A DNA stretch of 64,000 bases from Albugo candida (Eukaryota). The stretch spans positions 124,001 through 188,000 of the forward strand of contig JBDOQK010000020.1 in assembly GCA_040437565.1 (NCBI GenBank), read 5' to 3'. Shown here piece after piece: positions 1-12,789 of this stretch; the stretch's first letter is position 1; the number at the start of each line of letters is the position of its first letter. The notes under the pieces were generated by a model, which was not told the DNA's origin, did no database searches, and worked only from the letters and a program-made list of their open reading frames with translations. Both the position numbers and the translations under genes were made by a program.

Positions 1-242
1 CGTACGGCACAATGCTTTGGCTTTGGGTGTTTTGGAGAATGAAACAAGACGGCAAAGCACTTTTGGTATTTGAGAGACTCGGCAAGTCGCATACTTGAAA
101 AATGATTATTTACTCTCATTCATAGGGATTGGAACATCCTTGGGAGCACGGCCATGATCACTCTGCTAATGGAGAAGAAGCCGTCTCCTATCGTTACGAG
201 CGAATTGGCGTCGGCGAAATACCGCAACTCGTGGAAGAGTAG
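1..242 (+). CDS. NDUFB2: NADH:ubiquinone oxidoreductase beta subcomplex subunit 2 (AGGG)-like, 3' part; intron 66-125
   Basis: Not in the ORF track. Manual translation gives YGTMLWLWVFWRMKQDGKALL, then a GT..AG intron at 66-125, then GLEHPWEHGHDH...VEE* (TAG 240-242). This matches the W-rich 'MWxWxxxRxxxDGxxxLGxxHPW' pattern of NDUFB2. The 5' end lies outside the window. Confidence 0.75.
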
Positions 243-476
243 CGATAAGTTGCGGATACGACTTTCATGTCACGAATTAGCACCTTTGGTCGCAGATTGT
301 GCGGTCTAACAGATAATGATTCCTATCATCGTATCTTTTCTGATTTGAAAAGTTGAACTGAGCCAATAATCACACATTTTACCTCTTGATGAACTGAAGT
401 TCTTCGACTGGATTCAGATGCAACAGAGCTTCTCACTCTCGGTGTTCAAAGACTCGGTGCGTAGCGTGGAGGTCGG

Positions 477-3400
477 CTAGCACACTAGAAGCTGCACAAA
501 TCGTTTGTATTCGCCATGGTTCAAATGCACTTGGAGAGCTCCCTGAGGTAGCTTCTCAGGAACATTAGCATCGGTGCGGCTCTTCGTTGTGGTCATCAGC
601 CGTCCGACAAACACAGCTGGGCGTTCAACTTGCCCTGGCTGATACCCAAATGCGATTTCTGCGCACTCGATCGCCCGCACAATTTGTGGATTCTCATTTC
701 GATCTCGTGCAAGCTTTGCTGCCTGGCAACGAAGTTGTTCGATCTTGTTTTGATTTTGTCTCACGGTAACTTGCTCAGCCATCAACTGGTTTGAAGGCGC
801 CTGCGTATCATTCAGCTTCACCAAACGTGGACAAGACGCATCTACCCAGACGTCTCTATTCAGTGATTCGATCTCCTTCAAAAGCTGAATCGACTCGTCA
901 TCAGATTTATTCTTTTTCTTCGATACTGGTGCAAACGGATCAAGTCTTGACAACCTTTCTCGAGCCAATTGTGTTTTAGCTGTACGCACTTCCGATCTCA
1001 AATGTCGTACTGTCGCAATAAAGCTTTCCATCTCCGCATCGCCGACAGCAGAAAACTTACTTTTGGGTGTGATCATCCGGCCACCGTCTTTCAAGCGTTC
1101 GAATTGCTTTTGCATGTCTTTGATCAGCGATTCCAAAGCCAATTTTTCTTTTTGAGAATCCGCCAACGCCAAATCGGACTGATTTTGTGTTTCCGTCACT
1201 TTACTGCTCAAAAACGTATTCTTCCCATTGAGAGCAGTATTCTTTTCTGTCAGTCGCAAAATGTCGCTTTCCAACTTTTGATTCACCACACGTAAATGAC
1301 TATTCAGTGTGTCCAATTCTCGCATTCGCGTGTTTGCAGCGTGAAGCGCATTAGTAAGCTCCTCGACGGTGGACCGAAGGCCCACTGATTCTGTCAAAAG
1401 CTGACGGATTTCTTGTGCTCTTGTTTCCCAGTGTGAAAAGCGCGTCATTGTAGGCTCAATGGAATCTGGTTTGAGTGCAAACGCGTCAAGGAAAGCCCCA
1501 CGACACACGGACTTGACAAGGGACGCGAGACGCTCCTTGGAGGACTCTAGCATCGGATTGAATAAAGTTTTAAAAAAGTCTGCCAGTTCTCCTGTCAGGC
1601 CATCTGAGAATGCTTCAGGCGTCAGCTTTCCTTGCAGCATGGTCCATGTAGCAATGATTTGGCCTGAGTATGCTTCCAACGCATCAAGATCGTCACAATG
1701 ATCCACAAGAAATCCGTCCAAATCTTCTTCACTGCTAATGAGATCGAGCTCGACCCTTCTGGAGAGCTGTTGTGCAAGTGATTTCAAGGTTTTTATCTGC
1801 TGGTACGAGTAAACAATCGCTTCGGGTTGTGATGCGTCCTCCAAAGATTCCTCAGTCTGACCGGGTGCATCATTTTGGGTATCATTTGACGTGAAATTCC
1901 CGCAATTGATCAATGCCAATGTCGATGCCAAGGTAGTGGTCGATATACTCAGCGTACAAGCATGTTTTCTTGCTCGCAATTTCACAATCCCGGTGAATTC
2001 TTGGACGTTTTCAACTCGTGAATGGTTCATCCATTCGCTCAGCGAAACGATCAAGCGCTCGCTGAGAGTTGGTCCATTCGAATGTGGCGAGATAAAAAAG
2101 TTCCCTTCTGTGTAGGCTGGTAACGCAGCATCCAACGAACTTTCAAGCTGGAGACAATTTCCGGAACTGGATACATCGACAATCTGATCGAATTGTTCAC
2201 TTGTAACTTGACGGCAATCAAATAGAAAAATGTACTCTTTTGCAGTGAATGTCACATCGCAAAGCTGTTTTGCGAGTGTCAGCTGAATCGGAAGCCGTTT
2301 AAATGTGATTTCAGAATTGAGTGCGTCTTCACTTGGTCCATTCTCCACAATTGAGGAGTCTAAATCTCTACGTACATTCTTCAACAGTAGATTTGTTTTC
2401 TCATACACTCGCTCCAGAAAGAGCCGCGCATGCAAAATTCTCCAGTCGCGCTCAGTCAAAATCGTCTCAGGAAGAATGCTTTTGTAGAATGCGTTTTCAG
2501 ACTGTAATCCTACCGCTATAATTCTGTGGTTGTTGGCCTGTAATTCATATTGTCGAGCACTTGCCGATAGATTTCGCAGTGTCATTGTCTGATTGAGAGC
2601 GTGATGGGTGGTTCCCATTAGGCTTTCTTTTTGGTCAACTTCCGTCCACAATTGAGTTTTGAGGTCTGTCACCTGAGCGCGAGTCTTCATAAGCGCTTCT
2701 CGAAAGCATTGAATGCTTCTATCACGATCTTGCAGTGATATTTCTTGATTCGTTATACTTTGTTTCAGTTCTGTAATTACAATACGCTGGGAATCAATTT
2801 CATTCCTCAACTCAGCCTCATATTCGCAGTGCTGATGTTCCATTTCTTCTTCCAGTTCTCGGAGAGCTTCGAGTGAATTCACAGTGGCTTCCAGTTCTGA
2901 AACTTTGTCGCCAAGACTCAAATTTTTCTCGGTTAATTGCTCAACCATTCCTTCATACGCATTTGCCACATCCAAAAGCTCTTTTAACTCTTCTATTTCC
3001 AATTCACTTTTGACCTGTTTTTCTCGCTACAAAGCAGAATGAGAATTGATGATTTCTCACGTGTCAAAGAAAAGGAGGCCATCTTACCATTCCATTTACT
3101 TGCTCTTTGTATAAAACGAGTTCTGTTACTTCTTTTTGGAGATGGCGTAGCTGCTTGGAGAGCTCGTTTTTTTCACAGCTGGTACGCTCATGAAGAGCCT
3201 TGATAGCTGCACGAAGTTTCTTGTTCTCTTCGGCCATTTCTTGGACGGTGCTATCACCCAGTATGGATGCAGAGGCAGACAATTCCGCTCTATCAGTGCC
3301 GAATGAACTTGCCACTTTGAGTGCTTCGATCTCTGTAAGGCACTCGTCGATACGCTCTTCCGCGATCTCCTTATCCATCTCCAGCGTTTCTTTTTCTAGA

Positions 3401-4284
3401 GTCATCAACTCTATCACCTCATTCAGCTCTGTGATGTTCTTCTCCAGAGACTCTACTTTTCGATTGCTTGCATTGGATTTTGCCATTGTTTGTGCAATTT
3501 CCTCAGCTTTCTCCTGTTCTTCAATGGAAAACTGCACGATTCTAGCCTTTTGCTGTATGATTTCTGCTTCCATTCGTTGGATTTTAGCACTTTGCTCTTC
3601 TCGTTCCGATTGTAAGGTTTCCAATGTGTTTTCATGAGTCTGCTGAAGATCTTGTATCGTTTTCTCATTCTGCTCACGCATTTGAACGATCGTCTCCTCC
3701 AGTTCCTTCAACCGAACATTCTGATGTTCCTTCCGTATAAACTCCTGCTCTTGACTCGTACTACCAGCGACTCCTTCCTCTGTAGCATGCGATTTCTGTA
3801 CAATCTCATTCGGTGCATTGACACTACTTCTGCTCAAAGGGATCTGACTTGGAATTCGAGGAGAAGAATGTATGGAGACGCTGCCAGCTGAGGAAGAACT
3901 TATCGAAGACTCTCGACGTTCCCGGAGCTTTTGCAACCGACTCGATGCAGTGGCCAAATTCGAACGAATATCCAAAGAACTCTGTCGCGAATTAAAGTCT
4001 TTCGAAAGCACGGATTTGATCTAAAATATCGACAAATTCAATGAGTATCGACCCTCGGAAGTGAAGAAATGACGTACTTGTGCTCTCCTCACAAAAACGC
4101 CGTGATTCGGGGGACACACAAAGTATGTCCGTCCATTCAATTCGCCATTGTTTTTCCCGTCAGGAGTATCCAATTCGATTCCGAACCACTCCCCTTGTGC
4201 GAAGTCAGTCTCACCAATAAATCGTACGACGCCACAACGCCCACCGATGACGCTCACATAATTCTCAATTTCGATTGACTCCAT
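477..4284 (-). CDS. DCTN1: Dynactin subunit 1 (p150Glued), spliced
   Basis: N-terminal CAP-Gly domain (GETDFAQGEWFGIELDTPDGKNNG), Ser-rich linker, long coiled coils with ELMTLEKE..EMDKEIAEE and YEGMVEQLTEKNL motifs. ORFs 4021-4323, 3064-4011 and 477-3002 are joined by short introns. ATG taken at 4284. Confidence 0.93.
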
Positions 4285-4467
4285 TTTGATCACTAAAATT
4301 CGGTCGATTTTCCTGATGTTCACTTAAACAAAGTATAGAGCCAAACGATCGATTAATGTTTTATCGAAAAAAACAAGCAAAAATCGAGTATTTCTACCAG
4401 CACAAGAACCGAACAATACAATCTATTCTGTTCTACGCATTTACGAAAGGAGCGATGCAATTGAGGC

Positions 4468-5915
4468 TCAGTGGATTCTTCGTGACAAACGGAGTTGCGA
4501 CCACCAAATGAGGCCAGGCACGCCTCGGATGAAATCGACTAAAAGTGCTAGCGTATACGATGGAATCAATGAAAATCCAATCCAACGGAAATGACCACTT
4601 TGTGTATCGAAAGGAAGCAATAAGAGCACAAATGGTAAAAGTATGCGACCAATGCCATTTACACAAATAAAACCATCCAATTTATAATCCCATCGCGAAA
4701 TAAATATCAGCATCGGCGGCCATTTATGACGGAAGCGGATGACATTCACTTGGGAGGCAATGAGATTGAGAAAACTGATGCCGATATCAAGTCGCCAGAG
4801 TCGTGTCAATTGAGTGGAATGTTGTGGATACAAAATGGCCATAGATGTAAAGAGCACCAAATTCACAACATGATCCAGTAAAACCGATGTAAAGCTCAAA
4901 AGGGAGACCAAGATTCCGCTTTTGATGTAAAGACATAAACAACGTGCAGCCCAGTCACACCAGAGAATAATTAGTGCGTACAGCAGGAGACTGAGAACAA
5001 GGTGGCTTGATAAAAGTCTTTCCGAGTCTTGTACAAGCACCCACACATTTCTTATTGAAACAAGACGAATGGTTTCGAGAATCGGAGCTAGAAATGTAGC
5101 ACCCAAATGCTTCCACAGCGAAATATCAGACCGGATATTCCAATAACGAGAGAAAATGTAGACTCGTCGAGCAAGAATTCTCCATCGCAAGTGTGTGTGG
5201 GTACTCTGAACCTTGAAAGTCTTCATCCGAAAACCCAAACAACGAGGAACTTCATGCATTGCTTGTACAAACATCCCTTTAATCGAGCGGCTGTGGCGCA
5301 CGCGATAGCTTAGATTTCCATTCAAATCAATCCGTACCGACGCAACTATACGCATACACAGTGTCACCTTGATTCACCCCATGTGTGCAAACTCATACTT
5401 TCAATCATAAAAGAGTCCAACAAAATGGCTTCATTGGAAGTTGATGTGAAGAATGGAATATGGCGTAAGGCGCCATTTTCCATCGTCCAGAACAAATACG
5501 GTTGCAATAGATTATCCGTATCCAATTCGATGGATCCTATGCACATAATCTTGAGCGCGCATGCGTCCAGCAGTATCACTTCATCCTACCTGGAGCACAC
5601 CAAACTGTGACTTCATCGCCGGAAAGAAGAATGTATTTGCGGGGAAAGCGAAAGGTTTGACGTCCATCGGTGCTTGTGATTATGTACCCACTGAGATCTA
5701 CAGACTGATTGAACGTAAGACAGTACATAATCAATTCGAAGCAGGTCAAGTACTCCATCGGTTGGATTCGCAATGACAATCCATTGCTTTTGTACATCGA
5801 CACGCGCTATATAGACCCTCTGCATGACGGACTGATGGCATATCTGATGCGTCCCACGAGCGACTTTCCGATCAAGACGCGGATATCGCACACGACGTAA
5901 AAGCGCAATGTTCAT
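4468..5915 (-). CDS. Lamin-tail-domain (LTD) protein with C-terminal multi-pass membrane region, spliced
   Basis: Exon pieces RVYIARVDVQKQWIVIANPTD / SVDLSGYIITSTDGRQTFRFPRKYILLSGDEVTVWCAPG fit the LTD Ig-fold consensus. The downstream ORF 4468-5367 has several hydrophobic helices. GT-AG introns are visible between the pieces. Confidence 0.7.
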
Positions 5916-6005
5916 GGAATTTCGATCGTCATGTCGTACTTAATCAAATGAGTACGGTCGATAGCTTCGTTTAAGTACGATGATCTTTTGATCAAAAGAT
6001 CAAAA

Positions 6006-8281
6006 ATGGCGGCTCTCGATGAAATCGATTTCGATGAATTGGACGATTATTTAGAGCTATTTCAGCAAGATGATGTGATCAAAGAGGCGTTACTACACGG
6101 TGTAGACTTAAGGAAATACGCCGATCAAATCGATAATGAATTACGCGATGCAGAGATTGAATCTGTGTCTCAATTTGTGATGAAATCTTCAGACATTGTA
6201 GAGCTACATAATCAAGTCCAAGGCTGTGACGATATCCTGGCGAGAATGCAAGAGATTTTGCTTGGATTTCAGGTCTGACTATGCGATAATTACACTTTTG
6301 CTCTTTTTGACTGACATACGCATTTCTATAGGCAGATTTAGGGGGAATTAGCGATGAGATCCGCACGCTACAGGAAGAATCCGTTGGAATGAATTTACAG
6401 CTGAAAAATCGGCAAGAAACAGAAAATCGACTGAATGATTACCTGGACCGAGTTGTAATGACGCCATCGCTCGTGAGAAGCATTGATGAAGCCGAAATTA
6501 ATGAAGAATATATACAAAGTCTCATCAAGCTTGATACCAAGTTAAAGTATGCGAACGAGACAAAGGACGCAGAGGAGACTGACTCAGCTGATTTGATGGC
6601 TCTCAAAGAGACGGAAATGCACCTTCGAAATCTTAAACTTCGGGCAGTAGCACGAATTCGAGAGTTTCTTTTACTCCGGGTTAATGAAATGAAAAAATCA
6701 AAGCCAAATATCCAAATGATGCAACAAAACTCATTTGTACCTATGAAGTACCTCATAACCTTTCTCGCTTATCACGCTCCCCAAATCGAAGAAGAATTTC
6801 GAGATGTGTACGCCGAAACAATGAGCAAGATTCTGGTTCATGTATTGAAATCGTATCACTCTGGGCTGATGAAACACAACCAAGAAGTAGCAGCGAAGAC
6901 TGATGTGATTGTGGTGGAAGAGCAATCATTAAAAGGGATGTTCACAAGCAAAGTAACTCTCAACAAACGGAATGACACATTGGCCTTGAACGATCGCGAA
7001 AAAGTCCTGGAGAATCCCTCAGCTTCGCCTCTATTACTCCACGTCGTTGAGTCAGAGCACATGCAATTACCTTACGAAGCAGTTTTTCGCAATATCCAGC
7101 AGCATCTGATGAATTCGGCAACTGCTGAATATCTCTTCATCATCGACTTTTTTCGAGGATCGTCCAAAGAAGAAAATGTACTGCGTTCCCGGGATTTATT
7201 TCTGCGCATTTTTGCTAAAGCTATCTCATTATGCTTGGAAAATCTCGAGAATTATCTATTCACATGCTACGATGCCATCGGATTACTACTTATGATTCGT
7301 CTGACGCATGTACATCGTCGCGTAATGGAAAGACGAAGAATTCCTTGCCTTGATGCGTACTTTGACCGAATCACACTCTTATTATGGCCACGACTCAAGA
7401 GTGTCTTTGATATGAATCTGACAAGTATCCGAAACGCAAAAGTCAAGAAGTTGGGTACCATCGATCTTCATCCGCATTATGTCGTCCGCCGATACGCCGA
7501 ATTTGCAGCATCCATTTTGAAACTGAGCCTCGATACCCAAGAGCCAATATCAGTCAGAACGGTGTATCCACACTCAAGTAATTCATCTGCTGCGTCCGTT
7601 TCGGGGGATACCATGTCGGCAACAGAACACCCGGATCTGAACTTGCAAGAAAATGGAGTCGGAAGAATGCTTTTCCAAGATCTTCTCGCAATGAGAGAGG
7701 AAGTTCTTCACCTGCTCAAACGTCTTGCCAATCAACAAACCAGTACGAAGGAGAAATGTGTCTTTCTCGTCAACAATTACGATTTCGTGGTATCGACATT
7801 TCAGGAGAAGCATATCGCATCAGAAGAAACAACCACATTTGAAACACTGCTCGCTCAACAAAGGGAACGATTTGTCGAAGAAGAGTTGGCACTTTTGTAT
7901 GGAGATTTGATCGAATTTGTACGACACAATGAGAGTATCATAGTGCCTTCACTACAACGTCCGAGTAATCCAAACGCACGAGATGTGACAGCGACCAGTA
8001 TCGTAGTCGAGCAAGACAAAATCGAGCGCATCATCAGAGACTTTAATGGATCATGGAAGAACGGTATTGAAAGCATAAACGCCAATGTGATGAAATACTT
8101 TTCCAATTTTCGGAATGGAATGGAAATTCTCAAACTCGTTCTGACGCAATTGCTTTTGTATTACACGCGTTTTATCGAAATCGCCAAGAAAAGCTGGACA
8201 CGACCGCCTCCATACAGCAATGAGATTGTAACGACACAAGAAATCTTGTATGAAATCAAGAAATACAGCCGCTCGTTTTGA
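6006..8281 (+). CDS. VPS52: Vacuolar protein sorting 52 (GARP/EARP subunit); intron ~6273-6331
   Basis: GVDLRKYADQIDNEL, LLGFQ/ADLGGISDEIRTLQEES, CYDAIGLLLMIRL, PHYVVRRYAEF, FSNFRNGMEILKLVLTQLLLYYTRF are typical Vps52 segments. Confidence 0.95.
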
Positions 8282-8314
8282 TTTGGGTAGCATGCAACTC
8301 GAGTCAGCAGACAC

Positions 8315-11300
8315 TTACGCAATCGATCCATTGCTTTGCCACATTCCCGTCCCATTTGGGTGCTGAAAGAATACTTTCTGAAGCCATGTGACCTTCAGAC
8401 TTTGACGGAATCGATTGACATCGGATGTATTGTGTGGATGTGCCAGGTTCATCTCATAGAAAATCAGCGTTTTTTTCTCATGTTTTCGTATCAAAATCGA
8501 ATTGTCATTCCAAAAACCAAAAACACCGACCGCATTGATCTCCACAAACAACGCGACACTGAGCAATGCGACCAGCGTCACACGATAACATCCAACAGAG
8601 CTCTTTGGACCACTTTCACACAATGCAGCTTCTCGTTCAACAGAGTCCACATGTACTTGGCTGAGTCCAAGCTTGAGATCTCTGAAGGGTGCAAAAAAGT
8701 ACGAAATGGATGGAGCAACTTCTCGTTGCTGATCAACAGATTTGCATTGGATGATCAGAAAGCAAGATATCGCTGTGCATTTTGTCCCTTTGGCAAAAGA
8801 CCCAGCGATCCACTGCTTATCAACCCGACGACTCGACTACGAAGTAGAGCGGTGAAGTCGCTTTCACTTGAACCCAGGCAAGACATACCAGTGGATCTAT
8901 ATTTGTATCGATCTGGATCGATCGCACAAGATCGCCATCGTCGATCATTCTCAATTCGTATGTCAGCGCGCACTTTTGCTGTATACGCTCATCACTAACA
9001 GCAAAAAGATGCAGCCAGCCTTCTTCCTCATACGCCGATATCACGATCGGAGCATACGCTCTTTTGATTGCGTATTGCAAGCTCTTCCATCTTCCCGAAT
9101 GCTCCATACTCGACCAGCTGATTCCCGTCCAAATATCATCAAGCTGCCAATACAAAATTCCCATTGTGTGCCCAGCATTTATCGGCTTCCCTCGACGCCA
9201 TTTGTGTATGGCTGTCTCATAGCATAACGCTTGCTGTATATGTGAGAGATACAATATCGTGTCCATCAAAAACTGCTGATACTCAGTTCCGTTCCAATTG
9301 CCGCCGAAATCGTTCATATGTTTGAGGAATCGGGTATCAAAATGTCTTGATATTTGCTTCAGCACTTGCGCCTGGCCATTCTCATGACGTTCTCGGAAGC
9401 GAAGCATGCTCCAAAATGAGCTGAACGATTTCCAGTCATTTTTGTCGCTTACAGCCTTCAAAGACTCTCGCGATGGAAAACTCTGAAATCCAAATTCCGA
9501 AATGAATCGAGCTTGGGGATAGACTTTTGGATCATTGCAATCGCATTCGTAATCGTAGAAATGGATATCTCTTCACAGAAGCAATTACATCAGCCACAAT
9601 TACATCCGGGAGCCACGTACCCAAAATGAGAGTCGCCTGTATGTTTCCATCGCTTCACAAACGGTTCTTCTGACAGCAGTCCATTGGAAGGAGATGTATC
9701 CACAAAAGGGCGCGCGATGTTTCCATCTTGTCCTCTGTCATGAAGCTTCAATATTGGGTACAGCGTGTCGACGTACAGCTTGATGAAGTCACCCACTGCG
9801 ATATCGCGATTGAAACTCTCTCCTTTTGGAATCGAAATATTGCGAGCAAACTCTTCAAAAATGCTTTCATTCTCGTTGTTTGCGCCCCAAATCGCAACGC
9901 TTGCGTATTGCCGAAGTCTTCGGACTTGGAACGCTATTTCCTCTTCAACTAACGCCAGGAAATCCTCATTTCGAGGATACATCGCACATGCAAACATGAA
10001 TTCCTGCCAAACGAGAATCCCGAGACGATCACATTCCTGGTAGAAAAAATCTGATTCGTATCGTCCACCGCCCCAGACACGTATCTATCATCATCAAGTC
10101 ATCAATCAATAGCCGTTGTGAGCGATATTGCCTCACCATATTCATGTTGGAGCTCTTGGCGCTTTCCAATATATAGCGAATACGCTCATCAGACACGCGT
10201 GTGGGAAATGAATCCGGTGGAATGTAATTGGCGCCTTTGATGAAAATGGGAACAGAATTCAATTTGAAGTAAAACGGCTCGCCTTCGTATTGGTCTCGAG
10301 ATGTCGACGTGCTCGTTTCCATAAGTTGAGCTTTTGTGGTGACCAATTCGATTGTTCGAAGTCCCAGTGTCTGAGTGATGCAATTGCTAGATTCTGAGGA
10401 ATGTTCGCTTATCACTTGAACACGAGCTGTGTATAAATGTGGTGCTCCATAACCATGTGACCACCACAATTGAGGTCTTTCAATGCGAAATCTGCGATAT
10501 ATCGTGTCGTAATTCGCTTTTAATAGATGTATGAAGCATTGACGTACTTACTTTGGAAGCTTTATGACGGTGAAATCCGCATCGAGAGAGGGAAGGATCT
10601 CTTCGGACCAAGATATCATCAAGTTTCCATCAAAGAATATATTGAATTGCACAGCCTGATTCCCATATAAATGTCGAAATTCCACTTCCGCAATTGTCGT
10701 AATTTCGACCGATTTGACCTCTACAGACGACGGATATCGATAATGCTTTTGTGAGAAATGAATGTCTTGCAGTTTTATAATCGGTCGATACCAATGACTG
10801 AGATACACACGACCTGCGAGTCCGACAGTCACAAAGGCTGGTCCCCAATCCCAACCGAAATCGGATCCTGCTTTCCTTAGAAACGATCGATGTGTTGGCT
10901 CTGCCCATACATTGTAATTCTTTGAAGCAAAAAGCGGGTACGGATATCTCTGACTCTGTAATAAAAAGTAAGGGATTATAAGTCTTTGTGCTCAGCTTAT
11001 TCGTACCTTTGCGGCTGTATACTCAAGCGGAGAGTAAAATACGATTCTCAGTGAATTGGTACCATTTTTGACAAAATCGTTGATGAGAAATCGGTATGAG
11101 AGAAAAGAGCTGTGGGTCTCTCTGTACATTCGATCGTTGATGTATATCGCCGCTGGACCATCCAAACATTCAAACATCAGTTCCGTAGAGATAATAGCGT
11201 TTTTTTGCGAATTTATTGAAAAATCTGTTGAGTATGTCCACGTTTCTTGAGGGATCCATTGATAAAGAAGCTCATTCTGCTTGAAATTTGGATCGGAGAG

Positions 11301-11489
11301 GAGTTTTGCATCCTGCAAATGTGTGTGTGAAGTTCCAGGTATTGTGACATTGAAAAGCCGAATGGATTTATTACTGTTGTGAAAGGTCCAGGAACAGAGC
11401 TCTGTTCGTGTTGAGTCTTGATTTTGGCCCTGGGATCCATTGCGACTCCATAAAAGTAGCCAATGTATCCATTTCGTCACGGATGTCAT
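8315..11489 (-). CDS. Beta-mannosidase (glycoside hydrolase family 2), multi-exon
   Basis: WWSHGYGAPHLY, PIFIKGANYIP, WQEFMFACAMYP, IWGANNENE (acid/base Glu), RFISEFGFQSFPS (nucleophile Glu, ~9480-9515), MGILYWQLDDIW, GRWKSLQY. Start codon uncertain. Confidence 0.92.
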
Positions 11490-11659
11490 GGAAGGCACCG
11501 TACCCTGCAAAACAGTTGCGCCCCATCGAAGACCGTTAGCGAATTTGCATCAAACGACACCGACGTACTTGCACGCTGCTTTCGTGGGAAATAACGCTTT
11601 TAAGACGTTTAGACAATATCATCGCGGTACAATAGTCTAAACGTACAAGGCTTTAAATC

Positions 11660-12741
11660 ATGGCGACTCGCGATTTGACACGAATGTACCTGGAATTACG
11701 CACAGATGCAAAAGCAAAGATACTTCGACGGAAAAATATGATGGGATACGCCGATGAAGAGGGGATTTTACAACGGAAAGGAGGTCACGGAAAGTGGGAT
11801 AAGAGGGAGAAAGGTGATTCTCCACCATGGGTACATGCAGTGGAAGAAACGGATCGATATGTCGCTCATATCAAAGAATTAGGTACGAGCGAATGAAAAT
11901 GGAGACGTAAAAGTCGTTTAATGGCACGTGTAGTCGATAATCTCAACAAATTGCACACGAAAAGGCTTATGGTGCGCTTTGACGGCTCCGAGTCACAAAA
12001 TGAACAGGAAATTGAGCACATGACGAGAGAAATTACACAGGAATTCAGAAAAGCAGAAAAAGTATTAAAAAGTATGGATTCCAAAAGTCAAGACGACATG
12101 TCAGCCGCAGATGCAAAAGCGCATCAGAATGTCAAAACGTATGTATACTACGGGATTTATGTGCTGTACAAAAATGACTTTTGAATTGTATTGGGTAGAG
12201 CACTGGCGACACAACTACAGGCACTATCAAGCGACTTTCGGAAGTCACAGAAGCAGTACTTACTCCGTGTGAAGAATCAAAAGCAAGGACCGATGGAATT
12301 TGATTTTTTGTCGGAATCGAGCGCCGTCGGTAAACGCGCCGCGATGGAAATGGTACATTTATTATTTGTGATATTTGGTTTCTAGCCAAGAAGGTTTATC
12401 TTACTGCAAAATAGGGATTTGATCAAGCCCAAATGACAGAAGTAGACATTGCAGAAGACATCATAAACGAAAGAGATGCTGAAATTCAGAAAATAGCCAC
12501 TTCAATCACTGAACTGGCAACTATTTTCAAAGAGCTTGCCGTTTTGGTCATTGATCAAGGAACCATTTTGGACCGTATTGATTACAACATGGAACAGGTC
12601 GTAGAGCAAACGGAAAAAGGAGTATTGGAATTAGAGAAAGCAGAACAAACACAGAAAAGCGGCGGTCCTATGAAGTGTATCGGTCTATTACTTGGACTTA
12701 TTTTTCTTATGACCGCTGTTCTCGTACTTAAGCACTCGTAA
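11660..12741 (+). CDS. STX16: Syntaxin-16 / Tlg2-like Qa-SNARE, multi-exon
   Basis: N-peptide MATRDLT, PPWV motif, SNARE motif IFKELAVLVIDQGTILDRIDYNMEQ, C-terminal transmembrane anchor. Confidence 0.93.
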
Positions 12742-12789
12742 TACTTAATTTACAAAACTGGCCTTACCCATTTCCTTCGCATTCCGAGC

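Noticed and set aside
8480-8600. C-terminal TM helix on beta-mannosidase
   Set aside because: The segment matches the usual C-terminal Ig-like strand pattern (VALFVE..G..NDN), not an anchor.
587-8998. Antisense and alternate-frame ORFs overlapping housekeeping genes
   Set aside because: Expected shadow ORFs of long coding regions; no independent support.
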